A stretch of 63,946 nt of DNA, the filler included, from Octopus bimaculoides (taxonomy: Eukaryota): assembly GCF_001194135.2 (NCBI RefSeq). It is 6 parts of 4 records of this genome, joined end to end, with 100 filler letters (N's around TTAATTAATTAA, not from the genome) between each part and the next. Parts side by side here need not be neighbours in the genome. Positions count along the whole stretch, not along the records: positions 16,111 to 41,393 come from NC_068998.1; 5 more parts are not named here. The stretch is one strand, 5' to 3'. The translations under genes were made by a program, and so were the position numbers. Under the pieces are notes generated by a model. It had not been told where the DNA came from. It was given only the letters and a program-made list of their open reading frames with translations, and made no database searches. Shown piece after piece: positions 26,488-41,349 of the stretch. Every line of letters starts with the position of its first letter. Position 1 is the first letter of the stretch.

Positions 26488-27611
26488 TATCATTATCCTC
26501 TTCATCCTCTTCTTTTGCTGCTGCTTCAAATGTTGGTGACCAAACATTGTGAGTTTTTGGAGGTGTTTCTCTGCTAGTCCTTCATAGATTGTTGATGTTT
26601 TATTAGTTGAAGCACCATTATGGTATACAATGCTTTTCTATTGATGTTTGCCTTTTAGAGACTGACCTCTCAATTCAAGTAATTGTTCGTTTCACTCTTG
26701 GTTTGCCTGCAATATTTTTACATTGTAATTCTTAATGTTACTTTACGTGATTACTTGAAAGCTTGGTGAACACCATTTCAACTGTTCTCAGTCATTTCTG
26801 ATCAACCCACCACTTGCTTTAGTGATTTTTCTGTATAAAACTATGAAAAAAAAAGAGAAAAGAAAATGAAAATTAATCATCTTACCTACCAGCCGTATGT
26901 ATATAATGAGAATAAGATTTTATTTCATTCACTTCTGTTTCTGCAGACACAATATGAAGTGTCTCAATAAAGACTTTTTTTTTTTTTTTCCTTTTCTTTT
27001 CGTTTATTTATTTATTTATTTTTTCCCCGTTGTTATTTTTAATTCTAAAGTATTCTTGGGAAAATCCAAGGGTTTTGGTTGTGGGAGATGGATTTACAGA
27101 ACTGGCAAAATTGTTTTCATAGATGTGGTTAATATAAGTGAATTTCAATGCCCCTTCTCTGAAATATAATGAAAATTTTATTTTTTATTTTTGGTCATTG
27201 ATTCCATTAATTTCCTTATATCAATAGATAAAGTTGTGTTTGTGTGAGTCGAGAGAGAGAGAATGAGAGAGAAAGAGAGACAAATATCTATCCATATATG
27301 TATATTTGTATGTATCTATCTATCTGTCTATATATTCTTTTACTTACTTCAGTCATCTGACTGCGGACATGCTGGAGCACCACCTTTATATATATGTGTG
27401 TATATAGATATGTATGTATATATGTATTCACGTATGTATGTATGCATGTATGTATGTATGTGTCAGGGATCTCCTATGGAGCACTCAGGTGAAGGGTTCA
27501 ATTCCTTGTGGAGGTTTCCTGATCTCTTTTTCATTTTCTAAAGGGTATTTACCCAATTTTGTAAGCTGTATTAAAGCCTTCCTGCATTTGTGAATTCATT
27601 TATTTTCTGTA

Positions 27612-27651
<40 letters not shown>

Positions 27652-27751
27652 CTCATGACTTAACTGAAGACTTTATACACCCACAGGTAAAACTTATGGG
27701 TAGCAAGTAACTGACTCAAACAAAATAAAATATATCATTAAGATACATTAA

Positions 27752-27877
27752 AGGCGGCGAGCTGGCAGAATCGTTAGCACGCCAGGCAAAATGCTTAGCG
27801 GTATTTCATCTGCTGCTATGTTCTGAGTTCAAATTCTACCAAGGTCGACTTTGCCTTTCATTCTTTCGGGGTCGATT
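27752..27877 (+). mobile_element. SINE family A 5' part abutting the RTE fragment
   Basis: aggcggcgagctggcagaatcgttagc..ggggtcgat. Confidence 0.85.
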
Positions 27878-29705
27878 ACCTTTACCTTTGTAGCAGTTGA
27901 CCATGGTGCTGATACAGTCATTGGGTATGACTCCTTCGTGTATCACCAGGTGCCAGATATTTTGAGCATCTCTGCAGTGATTCCTGATAGGCTGGGGAGC
28001 TTTCCCTGTCTTCATACTCTTAATTGCATTATCTACCATGGTACCGTCAACTCGGATAGCTGGTCCCTCAGTTGGATCGACATTTGGCAAACTCTCTTTC
28101 TCCCATTCATTCTCTTTATTGAGCAACCTTTCATAGTGGCATCTCCAAACCTCTCTCTTTGCTACCTCGTTTAGTGCAAGTGAACCATCATCCATGCGGA
28201 CACATTTCTCTCCTATGACATCATGATTTTCTCTCACACACTGTCTTGCAACACAAAATACCTTAAGTCTTTGGTCCGCATGGTGCAGAACATTGGCAAA
28301 TTTTTTTCTTATCTGCTTCCCCTCTGGCTAAATAAACTTGTCGCCTAGCTTCCCTTCTGGCAGTCTGATTCAATTCCCTGCTACCACCGTTCTTCCAGTC
28401 CTTCCAAGCCTGTTTCTTTTGCCTAATCGCCCTGTCAACAACATTGTTCCACCACCACATTATTTTGGGTCAAGAGGGGACTTTGCACCATCCACAGATC
28501 TGGTCAGTGACCCTCAGCAGGTTGTCCCGTAGAAACGTCCAGTTGTCTTCTACATCATGTGAAGCTACATCCCCTTCTATTTCGTCAAAGGCTTCGAGTA
28601 ATAAGTCTCTAAATCTCTGTCCATTCGCAGGATCTTTGAGCTTCCAGACCCTTCTCTTCCATGCTGGTCGTCTTCTGGGCAACCACTTAGTCCTAANNNN
28701 NNNNNNNNNNNNNNNNNNNNNNNNNNNNNNNNNNNNNNNNNNNNNNNNNNNNNNNNNNNNNNNNNNNNNNNNNNNNNNNNNNNNNNNNNNNNNNNNNNNN
28801 NNNNNNNNNNNNNNNNNNNNNNNNNNNNNNNNNNNNNNNNNNNNNNNNNNNNNNNNNNNNNNNNNNNNNNNNNNNNNNNNNNNNNNNNNNNNNNNNNNNN
28901 NNNNNNNNNNNNNNNNNNNNNNNNNNNNNNNNNNNNNNNNNNNNNNNNNNNNNNNNNNNNNNNNNNNNNNNNNNNNNNNNNNNNNNNNNNNNNNNNNNNN
29001 NNNNNNNNNNNNNNNNNNNNNNNNNNNNNNNNNNNNNNNNNNNNNNNNNNNNNNNNNNNNNNNNNNNNNNNNNNNNNNNNNNNNNNNNNNNNNNNNNNNN
29101 NNNNNNNNNNNNNNNNNNNNNNNNNNNNNNNNNNNNNNNNNNNNNNNNNNNNNNNNNNNNNNNNNNNNNNNNNNNNNNNNNNNNNNNNNNNNNNNNNNNN
29201 NNNNNNNNNNNNNNNNNNNNNNNNNNNNNNNNNNNNNNNNNNNNNNNNNNNNNNNNNNNNNNNNNNNNNNNNNNNNNNNNNNNNNNNNNNNNNNNNNNNN
29301 NNNNNNNNNNNNNNNNNNNNNNNNNNNNNNNNNNNNNNNNNNNNNNNNNNNNNNNNNNNNNNNNNNNNNNNNNNNNNNNNNNNNNNNNTGCTAACCCATG
29401 GTGAAGGACTAATCTAATCTTAAGTATTCTATCACATACTCTGGCTACCTCAATTACCTTATCCACCCATTTCTCTGCAAGAAGTATACCCACGCCCCCC
29501 GACCCTGTCTGTGTTCCCTATCCAGAAAATCGTGTACCTGTGTTCTTTGCCTGTGAAGAACCTAGCCAAACCTCCTCTCCACCTTACTTCTTGGAGGCAG
29601 CAGATATCGACACATCTCCATTGAAGCATCTCAACAATCTCACCAGATCTACCTTTCAGTGTGCCGACGTTGAGGGTGCCAACCCTAAGAGTGTGGGAGG
29701 TATGG
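27878..29705 (-). mobile_element. RTE-clade LINE: AP endonuclease to pre-RT region, with a gap; the truncated end abuts a SINE
   Basis: RVGTLNVGTLKGRSGEIVEML..GILLAEKWVDKVIEVARVCDRILKIRLVL; WWWNNVVDRAIRQKKQAWKDW; IKSMKTGKAP. Confidence 0.92.
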
Positions 29706-29714
29706 GCCCATGAG

Positions 29715-30145
29715 ACCCTGGGACGGGGTACAGCAGCATCATGTACCTGAAAAGAAAGCTCGCATTTTGCAGAACGCCTATATATATTTATATATCAAAA
29801 GAAGAGAAAAAGAGACATTGATGGTCCTTTGGAGGACATACATCCTCAGCTGCTCTGACTACTGCTCCCAATTATGGTCCCTGCACAATATAAAATTTGT
29901 GGCAGAACTTGAAGCAATCCAACAAAACTACACTAAGAAAATCATCTCAATGCAACATATCAGCTATTGAAAAAGATTGAAAGAATTAAGACTCTTCTCC
30001 TGAGATTGAAGGCAGGAAAGATATGCAGTGATATATATCCGGAAAATCCTGGAAGGCCTTGTGCCAAACTTTGGCATTGAAAGTTACTCAAACAGCAGAA
30101 CAGGGAGCCACTGCATAGTGCCAAAGATCACAGCATCGCCTGAGA
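29715..30145 (+). mobile_element. CR1/L2-type LINE RT C-terminal fragment
   Basis: SDYCSQLWS..AELEAIQQNYTKKI..SY*KRLKELRL..RYAVIYIRKILEGLVPN. Confidence 0.8.
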
Positions 30146-30161
30146 CACCTGCATGGTGTGG

Positions 30162-31447
30162 ATGTGTCTTCCCATAAGTTCTGTCCAAATTTTCAATAAA
30201 GAAAAAAAGTGATCAAATGTCATATTTAATTGGAATTTAATCATCAATTATTCCCTGATTATCTATGACTTCCTTCCATCTATTTACAAGCTTTTTAATC
30301 CCATCAATGTAAAACTCTTTAGGTTTCAAAGCGAAGAACTCTGAAATGTCAGTTTCAACCTCCTCTCGGCTTGTGAAAGTTATGTCCTCCAAATGATTCT
30401 GTAAACTATGAAACAAATGGTAGTCTGAAAGAGCAAAGTTGGAAGAATAAAGTGGATGAGGAATTTTTTCCCAACCAAGCTCTTTGATCTTCTGTGATGT
30501 GATCTTTGCAGTGTGGGGTCGCGCATTGTCCTGATGAAACATCACTCCTTTTCAATTCACTAAAGCGGGTCTTTTGTTCTTCAAAGCTTGGTTCAAATGC
30601 TCTAATTGCTGACAGTAGACTTGAGCATCGATTGTTGCATTAGGTGGTAACAATTCAAAGTGAATTACTCCTTTCCAATCCACCAGATAGAGAGAATAAC
30701 CTTTTCCCCATGAAGTTCCCTTCTCAGTTGTGGTTAAGCTTTTTCCCTTTTACCAAGCCACTGTTTACAGCATTTAACATTTTGATGGAAGATCCAGTTA
30801 TCGTCAACAGTCACAAATCTATCCAAAAAGGGTGAAATGAGTTCGCGAGAATGGAGAGAAGAACTGATGTCAACTCGAGATTTGCAGTTGCTTTTGGACA
30901 ATTCATGAGGCACACATTTTCCAAATTTAGGAACCTTTCCAAGCATTGAAGTTGATGATGAACAGTTGTAAGGTTTGAACTAAGCTTTATTGCCAATTCT
31001 TCAACCGATAATGCAGGATTTTCTTCAAGTAATGCCTCAAGGAGCTTATCATCAAACTCAACTGGACGTCCTGTTTGATCTTCATCTTCAAGGCTGAAAT
31101 CTCCACGTCTGAATTTTGCAAACCATCTTCTGCAAGTTCTTTCATTCAAGCATTCTTTCCCATAAACTGAGTGTATGTTTCGAGTCGCTTTGGCTGCAGA
31201 GTTTCCTTTTTTGTACTCATAGAGCATTATGTACCTCAAATGCTCTTTGGATACTTCCATGCTAGAAAGGGTTTTAATCAAAGAAATTTTGATTCTCTTA
31301 TTCTGTAAAATAATATTTAATTACTTTAAATGTACACAAATGCATAAAAATCATTTTTAATTCCATTAGACATTCTAAAATACTATTAAATTTCATTCAA
31401 TTTTAAAAAAGGTAAAATCGGAGAGAACTTATGGGATGACCTGATTA
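30162..31447 (-). mobile_element. Near-full-length decayed mariner (DD34D type)
   Basis: TIRs containing cccataagttct(g/c)tcc at both ends; frameshifted transposase MEVSKEHLRYIMLYEYKKG..RWFAKFRRGDFSLED..VPHEL..FHQDNARPH..PHPLYSSNFALSDYHLF. Confidence 0.93.
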
Positions 31448-31888
31448 TATATATATATATGTGTTTGTTTATCTGTGTTTGTCCCCCACCATCACTTGAC
31501 AACAAATATTGGTGTGTTTACGTAACAATAACTTAGCAGTTCGGCAAAATAGACCGATAGGATAAGTACTAGGCTTACAAAGAATAAGTCCTGAGGTTGA
31601 TTTGTTCAGCATGGCCGCAGTCAAATGACTGAAAGAAGTAAAAGAATAAAAGAATAAAAGAATGTATATATGTGTATGCATTTATATATATGCATGTGTG
31701 TGTTTGTGTATCTGTGTATATGCGTGTTTGTGTATGTGTGCGTGTGTGTGTATGTATATACATATATATAGATAGATAGATATCTCTCACTCTCTCTCTC
31801 ACTCTCTCTCTCCCTATCTCTCTCTCTCTCCCTATCTCTCTCTCTCTCCCTATCTCTCTCTCTCTCTACATATATGCATATATATAGA

Positions 31889-31940
<52 letters not shown>

Positions 31941-32259
31941 AGTATGCTATTTTCAGGATAATACCTAGGAGATATAATTATTTTTATTCTTCAATTTATT
32001 TTCTTTCCTTATAGATCTATCATCATTAATATTATCATCATCATCATCATCATCATCACCATCGTTGTCGTTGTAATATCATTGCCAACATATTATCACA
32101 ATCACCATCTCCAGCATCACCATCATCATCCTCAACATTATTGTCTTCAGTATCATAAACAATATCTTGCCAGCCATCATTATGACAAAATCATCATCAA
32201 AACATAAACCCCAATACCATACTTTCAACAATGCATTCCACTACACACACACACATACA

Positions 32260-32297
<38 letters not shown>

Positions 32298-33799
32298 ATA
32301 GAATAAAGCTGACATTTCTAATAGCTCTTTTATTCAAGCTGCTTTATTTTATGGATCTGTTGCTTAGTAATGTGTAAATTGCCAAAATATTATGAAGCCT
32401 CTACTCTTTATCTTTAAGAGAGCCTCACACACTTATCTCTACCATTACTACTACTACTATTATTGTTATCTCCTCCTCCTCTCCCACCATCACTACCACC
32501 CCCACAACTGCCACCACAGTCATCTCCTTCAAGGAGTGAGGATACACAATGGTAGAGAGAAATACAAACATGACAGAGAAAGAGAACTTCATATGCATAT
32601 TATGTGTGTATGTATGTATCTTTTACTTGTTTCCGTTATTAGACTGCAATCATTCTGGGGCACCACTTTGAGGCGCTTTTACTTGAATGAATCAACCCCA
32701 GAATACTTTTTTGTAAAGCCTGGTACTTATTCTATCGTTTTGTTTTGCCAAATCACTAAGTTACAGGGACATAAACACACCAACACTGACTGTCAAGCAG
32801 TGATGGGGAACAAATACAGACACAAACACATATACATTCACATGCATGCACACACACACAACAAGCTTCTTTCAGTTTCCATCCAGCAAATCCATTCACA
32901 AGGTTATAATAGAAGACACTTGCCAAAGGTGCCACACAGCAGGACTGAACCTGGAACTATGCAGTTGGGTAGCTAACTTCTTATCGCACACACTTTGTAT
33001 TTGGCAGATGGAAACTGTTCAGAGACTTATCCTGCATGTGTGTGAGAGAGTTAATATATACATTTTACTCATACACACACACATACACTTTCTGCAAAGC
33101 TCTAGTCTACTACATTCCACTCTTAGATATTTATCAATGCACATATGCATTTCCACACAGACATACATACATATACATACATGTGTATACTGCTAGATGA
33201 GCAGATGGATTATTAAATATTAAAAGAGTTGGTGACTTATTTTTTATTCTTATTTGATCTAAAGAACTGTTTCCTAAGCTACCTGTATTTCTTTACCATC
33301 ATCACTCCAGCAATATTTTCTGTTAATTAATATATCTATAGAGTTACAGGAAGAAACAGCATTTTGTCTAATGAAAAATTGCTTTGTGAAAGAAAAAAAA
33401 AATAATGAAAGCAATGGAAGTAATTATGTAAGAAGAAAAAAAAGTATTTGCTCCAGGAATATTGTCAAAGAATCAAGATTCTCTTGAGGAGATTAATTTC
33501 TAGATTAAGGAATATTGTATGTGAATGCATGTTTAGAAATGGTGAAATTAGAACATGACTGGTGGCATTGTGTGATAGTGTAATTTAGTATATTTACAAA
33601 TATCTTCCTTTGCAAACATAAAGAGAGAGTGGCTTCAGTTTATTTATATATATTTGCTTCATTTTTGTGTATCTTGATGTTATTCTTTGTATCAAATCTT
33701 GGTGTGGTACAAAAAAAAAAAACAATAATGACATTCATTGCTCCAAATTCTCTAAAAATTATAATTACCAGTAGCATCCTTCTTGCCACCTAACTGGTT

Positions 33800-33992
33800 C
33801 CCATGCTGGTGGCATGTAGAAAGCACCCACTATGCTCTCAGAGTGATTGGCATTAGGTAGGGCACCCAGTGGTAAAAACCTTGCCAGATCAGATTGGAGC
33901 CTGGCGCAGCCAACTGGCTTGCCAGTCCCCAGTCAAACCATCCAACCCATGCCAGCATTGAAAACAGAGATTAATCAATGATGATGATGATA
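33800..33992 (+). mobile_element. LINE/SINE 3' end with (ATG)n tail (RTE-type)
   Basis: ggcattaggtagggcacccag..ccagtcaaaccatccaacccatgccagc..atgatgatgat; the family assignment is inferred from the tail. Confidence 0.55.
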
Positions 33993-34371
33993 TATGTATA
34001 TATGTATATGTATGTGTGTATATATATATTATATATGTGTGCGTGTGCGTGTGTGTGTGTATGTATATGATTGGCTTCTCTCAGTTTGTCTACCAGATCC
34101 ACTCACAAGGCTTTGGTCAGCCTGTAGCTGTAGTAGAAGACACTTGTCCAAGATGCCAGGCTGTGGGACTGAACCCAGATTCATGTGGCTGGGAAGCAAG
34201 CTTTTTACCATGTGGCCACACCTGTGCCTAACATTATATTTTCTTTACATTTGAAAAATTTTATAGTACATGGTATTAATCAGCAATAAGTGATGTGGAG
34301 GAATATTTTGAATGTGAGAGAAAATGCCTGAGAATTGGTTATTATTAAATGCTAAATATATATAGGTACAG

Positions 34372-34525
34372 GGGTAACTGTGTGATAAGAAGCTTGCTTT
34401 CCAACCACATTGTTCCAGGTTCAGTCCCACTGCATGGCACCTTGGGCAAGTGTCTTCTGCTATAGCCTCAGGCCAACCAAAGCCTTGTGAGTGGATTTGG
34501 TAGGCAGAAACTGAAAGAAGCCTGT

Positions 34526-34583
<58 letters not shown>

Positions 34584-34910
34584 TGTATGTATGTATGTAT
34601 GTACGTATGTACGTGTGTGTGTGTGTATGTATGTATGTATGTATGTATGTAGGTATGTATGTATGTATGTATGTATTTATGTATGTATGTATGCATGTAT
34701 GTATATGGCTGTGTGTCTGTTTGTCCCCTCACCATCACTTGACAACCGGTGGTTGCTGCAACCAAGCAGTTTGGCAACAGAGACAATAGAATAAGTACTA
34801 GGCTTATAAAGAATGAGTCCTGGGGTCGATTTGTTCAACTAAAGGCGGTGCTCCTGCATAGCTGCAGTCAAATGACTGAAATAAATAAAAGAATGAAAGA
34901 ATAAAAGAAT
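34372..34910 (+). mobile_element. SINE family B, complete, with (TATG)n core; CpG-decayed
   Basis: Head, microsatellite, tail ..ggtgctcctgcatagctgcagtcaaatgactgaaa..aaagaataaaagaa. Other copies at about 20950-21245(-), 31455-31670(+), 32605-32990(-), 34030-34230(-), 34995-35360(-), 47655-48070(+), 51915-52310(+), 54680-54885(+) and 58030-58325(+). Confidence 0.9.
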
Positions 34911-35268
34911 ATTGGTGGCCACAGTAGTGATGGAATCTCTACAATATTGGTAATCTAAATGCTGATTGCGGAGTATTTGTGATCTTTTATCATCTACATG
35001 TTTCAGTCATTTGACTGTGGACATGCTGGAGCATCATCTTCAAGGGTTTAGTCAAAGCAGTTACCCTCAGAACCTATTTTTAAGCCTCTCCATCAGTCTT
35101 TTTTGTTAAAGTGCTAAAGTACAAGGATGTAAACAAACTAACACTGGTTGTCAGGTGGTAGTTAGGAACAAGCACAATGACACACACATAGATATATACA
35201 TGCCTACGTACATACATGCATACATACATGCACCCATCAATGCATATATATGTGCATGCATGCATACA

Positions 35269-35299
<31 letters not shown>

Positions 35300-37049
35300 G
35301 ACAGACATCTTTCAGTTTCCATCAGTCAAATCCATTCACAAGACTTTGGTTAGCCCAGGGTTATATTGACATTAGGAATCTTGGTGACAGTGGTGGTGTG
35401 GTGGTGATGGTGGATGGCACTTCTGAAGTATTTATTCAGTGGAGGAACTGATTGTTATACTATTGACAAGAAAAAGTACTCATGAAAACACTTGATTTAA
35501 TGGGGTTTTTAATTACTTCTTATGAGTGTTGCTTTACAATGTCAAGTATCATGAGTGTTAGATCAAACATTCACCTTTATGTCTATCAAGTAATTGAGTA
35601 TTAACTGTCCTTGTGCAGCATTAGTGAAAGGAAATAGTCTGGAAACCCCGTGCCATTAAATTATATATGTACTTGGTGACAATAGTTATTGTTGGTCTAC
35701 TTGAGTAAAGCTAAGTTTAAATTGGTGAAAAATTTAAGATTCACAAAGGTAGCCTATATTTGTGACTTCTTGGAAAAATTTATATAAAAACGTCACCAGT
35801 GAACACAAGAGTGCGATGTCTGTTTTGAAACAACTTTATAGATACTGGTATATCATTTTTGCAATGGTTATCACTTTTCTAACACTTAAGATTTGAAAAA
35901 TGTGACCTGGTTTTGAAACAATAATGATATTTTTATAGATTTAATATCAATATTGAGCAGAGCTCCTTTGATCCTCAAAGTTCTCATTTTGCTGCCAATG
36001 TCCTTATTTATTATGTTTCTGTAAATATTCTACAATATTTAGATGGCAATATTGTATGATATTATAATATCATATATTTTTGAACAATATTTTACCTCTA
36101 ATGTGCAATACTTTGACACTCATATTGTGTAATGACATGCATATAGTGTGACATTTCATCAGGGAATGATATTTGAACAATGCATTATTTTTTTTAAATG
36201 CTGTGCAATATTTCACCAATATCCTAAATTATCTTAACTAAAACACTATATAACACACCATAATAGAATTAATTCAATATGAATCTTACTCTAAAATAAC
36301 TTTAGGTTGAATTGATATGTGTGGTTCTCTCTCGGTTTCAACAATGAGGATCCAGTTGCTTTGTCAGCTTAATTACCTACTCATTGAATTCACATGTAAG
36401 TGGCTGAGGATTCCACAAACTCTTAAAAAACGTTTTTAGCAGAATCAATGTGGCACTGCATGTGATAAGGCTGCACCTTTGAATTACATGTATGATCCAT
36501 TCAAAAATTTCTATACAATACCTGTTGACTCATTTTTACTCATAAGGTATGGGTCAAACAATATTTGCCCAGAATACCATACTATGTTGCAAAATTGAAT
36601 CTGGAACTAAGACAAATGTCTTAAACATCTAACATAATGAGCCTGGATAGTTTGATTAATAACTTATAAATAAAATATGAGCAACAGCCAAGACATTATA
36701 ATTTTGATATTCCAGAGGACTGCACTTTTGAGAGGAAGAATTCATTGATGTGCTTAGAGCAATGTCTGCAGTGTAAAACACACTTTATATATGAAGTAGA
36801 AAGAAAGGTGCATCAGGTGAATTGGGGTTGACATTGTATAATGCTTGGTTTAGAAAGAAGGATGGATCGTATCATTTATGTTGGAATGTATGTTGCTAGA
36901 AGTGATAAATGAGAATTTCTGTATTTACAAAGAAAAGAGACTAGTAAACATAGCTGAACCTTGGAAACACTAGCATTTATAAAATGGGAATAAATGATTG
37001 AGTGAATCCTGACAGTGCATTGCCAAGCTAAAATTCTAAAGATGAGTGG

Positions 37050-38010
37050 ACCTCTTAAGTGGACAATTTTGTTTGGAGATTCTCATACCAAACAGGATCA
37101 AAAGCCTTGCTGATGATCAGGGCAATGATATTGGGCAACAGACCGCTAAGTCTGCAAAGTCATCTAATTGGGTCTGCTCAGATTGTCTTGATTTGATTAT
37201 CACACTATTCATATCAATTCTGCATCACATTTCATTTGCTAGCTGAGTAAGATATGTCTATATAAAGCTGATCAATAAAGTTTTTTGCTATATGGCCAAT
37301 CCAAGCATACATGTTGATGTATCCATAAGAGTGGGTTACTAATAAGTTCTTTGTTAGCTCTCTCCTTAATGACATAAGTGATTGCAAGAAGGTTATTGTA
37401 CACTTTTTGCTTGGTTAGATGCTTTTTCCAGGAGATATTCTGGGTGGCTTGTCGCATGTTGGTCTAAGAACCACCAACCCTTTCACCTGACATCTGATAA
37501 GTGCCAAAAAAGTTGACCCATACAATAGCAATGATTCCAAATTGTCCAAGCTTGTGAGAGAAATTTTTATACCCTTTTCTGTAGATGCAGTGTTGGTCTG
37601 CAAGTATATGAAGGAATTGACATATTTTAGAGAGTTTTTATTCAATCGTGCTTATTGAACATTTCTAATTGAAGTACATGGCTTCAGCCTTTGCGGTGCT
37701 GACAAAACACCAATACCTCCCACCAATTTCTCAAAGCTATGAAGAAGACTGATAGCTTCTGAGATAGTGTCTGCAAGCAGAGACATATTGTGAGTATAAT
37801 CTACATTAGTTATTGTGGTTTTTGGGTATTGGGGTGAAGTGGATTTTGTCAGAATGAAACTGATTTTTTTACTTTTGTCAGTAGGCATGTGAAGTATGTG
37901 ACCAAGGCTATGTTAAAGAAAAATGCTTCTAGAGAATGGAGCATGTGTATTAACGTTGAAGAAATCAGTGTTTCCATCAAGAGAGTAAATTTTAGCTGCC
38001 GTATTCTAGA
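37050..38010 (-). mobile_element. Old RTE-clade LINE RT fragment
   Basis: SLDGNTDFF.., ITNVDYTHNMSLLADTISEA (decayed YADD), VNSFIYL..LLLYGS.., NISWKKHLTK. Confidence 0.8.
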
Positions 38011-39473
38011 TTATTGTTACTATTGTGATTACTTCTTGAATTTGCTCCATTTTGCTTCAATTTGAGTTGAAAAGTTTTGAGAAATCAACAATTTTAAGGT
38101 GAAAGCTTTTGGGAAGTTTACAAACCGTAAGAATGCTAATAGATTTTTCCCTCAATGTTTCTCCTGTTTGTTAAGATCTGAATAATAGTAACAAATCTAT
38201 TCTGGCCTTTTCACAAGAACTTAGAGATTTGGTTTTATAGAACCTGAACTAGTATGCAATATGAAGGAAGGAAGAAGAACATCTCAAAATGATGAAAGGA
38301 GTGGTCATACAAAATTGTTGCTATAACCATTCAGATGTTAGAAGCAAGTATGATAGATTGGTGGTTGGAAGGTTGCTCTTTTTTTTTTGAACAAGACAAA
38401 CAACACATGAGTGCAAGAAAAAAAAGTTAAAGAGCTGGATGAATGTAGTACACTGATTGAGAATATAGGAAGGGTCACTACCAGAAGCATTTGTGGATTA
38501 GAGTCATTACTTTCATTATATTAATTTAATTTAGTTGTAGTATTTCTGTGTTTGCTTTAGGTGTTACAATTGCAATATTATTTTAGAGTAAATTTAATAC
38601 ACATTTAGAACTCCTTTATCTATATGTTCTTTGGTATTTTACATGGATTTTCTTGTACACCTCTTACTTCATCAAAACCATCAAATAACTTATCTGGAAA
38701 ATAGAAAGACATATAACCAGTCTTACAGAAAGAATATTCTGCCTACATACTGAAGCTGAATGATGTCTAACTAGACTTTAAGGTTAGATATATATTGTTA
38801 TACATACGATTAGCATTTCAACAATGTTGCTCAGTATATTATTGCGGAGTTATAAGCTCCTTATACATACACCCTATAACATACACATATACACCTACAA
38901 ACTTAGACACATGCACACACCAATGTGTGTATGTACATGTCATCATTTCAGTGTAAAGTTTTAAACACACACACACACACACACACACATGCATGCACGC
39001 ACACACACATAGATTTCTTAATGAAAGTTTCTCAAATTTCTTTTGAAGACTGAAAATTTGCCTTTTAGATTGCACCTTCATAAATAAACACAGCAGGTTA
39101 ACCAAGAACAAACAATAGCCATACCATTAACTTAATCCTTCAGACTTTGTATCCCTCCATCATTATTTACACCTAATAAAAGAGTCTGCCACCAGTTATA
39201 TGTTTCTAATTCCATTTCACAACTTTTATGTATTTCAAGAACTTTTTTATATGACTAGAAATAAATTCAATGGTAAAGTGGCGCCACTCAGTATCTGACA
39301 CATGCCTTCCCAGCCACTTCCACCTTAAGAAAGAAAAGAAATAAGTGAATGTTTTTTGTAGAATCTCTAATGGTAGCTGAATTCCAATAGAATATTTTTA
39401 AGAGAAAGTGCTAATTATTTTTCTTCTGTAACAATAGAAAATTTTCTCTGTTTAAACAGGAAAACAAATTGTG

Positions 39474-39518
<45 letters not shown>

Positions 39519-40972
39519 ATACATAGGTATATATATATATCCATATAAAAATATGTAAGATAAATGTAAAGATAATAAAAATTGTCTTTTGTTTCATCAA
39601 AATCATTTTCCTATAGGTTATTGTAAAATGTTTAACAATAGGTAAAAGAAATAATCTTCATGTTAATAATTAATCAAGAAATTGTGAAATTACCTTAATT
39701 TTTCTTTTCCTATTGTGTAGTAATGATTGAATAACTTGCATTTAAATCAAAATTGAAATTCTTTTAAAAGCCAAGATAAGTTTGAACAGAATGCAATAAA
39801 GGATGGATCATTTGCTTCTATGAAATCAACACGATAGGAAGACAAAACATAATACAAATAAAATATAACTTGACACTTCCTGTCGTACATAATTTTCAAA
39901 AGCCATTCACCATTTGCAGACATTGAATGAAACTGAATGGAAATTTATCATTATTTTTGTCTTTACCATTGTTACTGTAGATTGTTTTATTAGCATTGTT
40001 ATATGACTGTAGGCCAGGATTTTGGTTTCATTTGATTCTACAACATTCCTTGTTAATAAACTCTCTCTTAAGTCCTTTTTCTAAATTGCAAATGAAGCCT
40101 GTAAGGGGAAAAACTCAAGGTTTCTTTACTAGTAAAAAATTTCGTGAAAAATACCAAACATTTTAACTGATAGGTTTTGCATATATTCTATTGATATTAA
40201 CATATTACAAAGAATTGCTATGATATTACAGAAATACTTTAAAATGTAGTAAAGATGACGAGAGAGAGAGAGTAGAATGCTGAAACAAGCGTATTTACTC
40301 CATTTTGTTCTTCTCAGTTCTCATATATAAGAATGAGTATAATTATATGTATCAGTATGTATATTCATAAATATACGCTTTTAGTATTGGATGATTTTCC
40401 AACTAGTTAAATGATACAACGTAGTCCCAAGTTCCCTAAAAGCTAAATTATAGCATGTGGAGTGATGTATGTGTGGTTGCATGTGTGTGGTTGAATCTGT
40501 GTGTATTTATTACAAAGTGAATGTATCTTATTGATAATAAAATCTACCTGTATACACAAGCATATATACACGCATACATCATATTCTTACATACAAAATA
40601 CTAACACATAAAATACTCTCATAAACACAAAAAGCATAGGATATGTGGACACATACTGACATATACATGCCACTATATATCTGTATGTGTGTGAAACAGT
40701 GAGTGTGTGTGTGTTTGTGGTGTAAAATATGTTATTTTATGGAATGTGATTGGATATCGACTATATATACACATATGGAATAACAATTTATGGGCACTAT
40801 ATATATATAAGGAGGAAAATTCTCTTGCATATTTGGTGTTGTTTTAATATATCCTTGTCCATTTTACTAAGCTTTCATGTTTGTTGCTCTTGCAAATTTA
40901 CATATTGACTTAATATAAATATTGGTTTTAGTATAGTTATTGAATAAAGAAAGATCATTTTGCTATTGACTT

Positions 40973-41009
<37 letters not shown>

Positions 41010-41349
41010 ATGATAAAAGAGGAATAAAGGAATAAAGAGGAAAAGAGGAATAAAGGATTATCATATGAACTTCATTAGCTTACAGCTGTTTCTGCAATAA
41101 GATGTGGTGAGCATATTGGGCCTTGATGTTTGAGGCTCTAACGAAGTTATAAGGAGTTACTCATGCACACAACTATGAGCTCACCACATCTTGTAGCAGA
41201 AACAGCTGTAAGCTAAGGAAGTTCATTAGATAGTTGTTTATTCCTTTGTCGTCTCTTTTTTCTTATTACTACTCTGTACTTGATTAATGCTTCACTCAGA
41301 AGCACACATATATTGAGTTTTATAGCCAGGTTATTATTGCAATGCCTGA

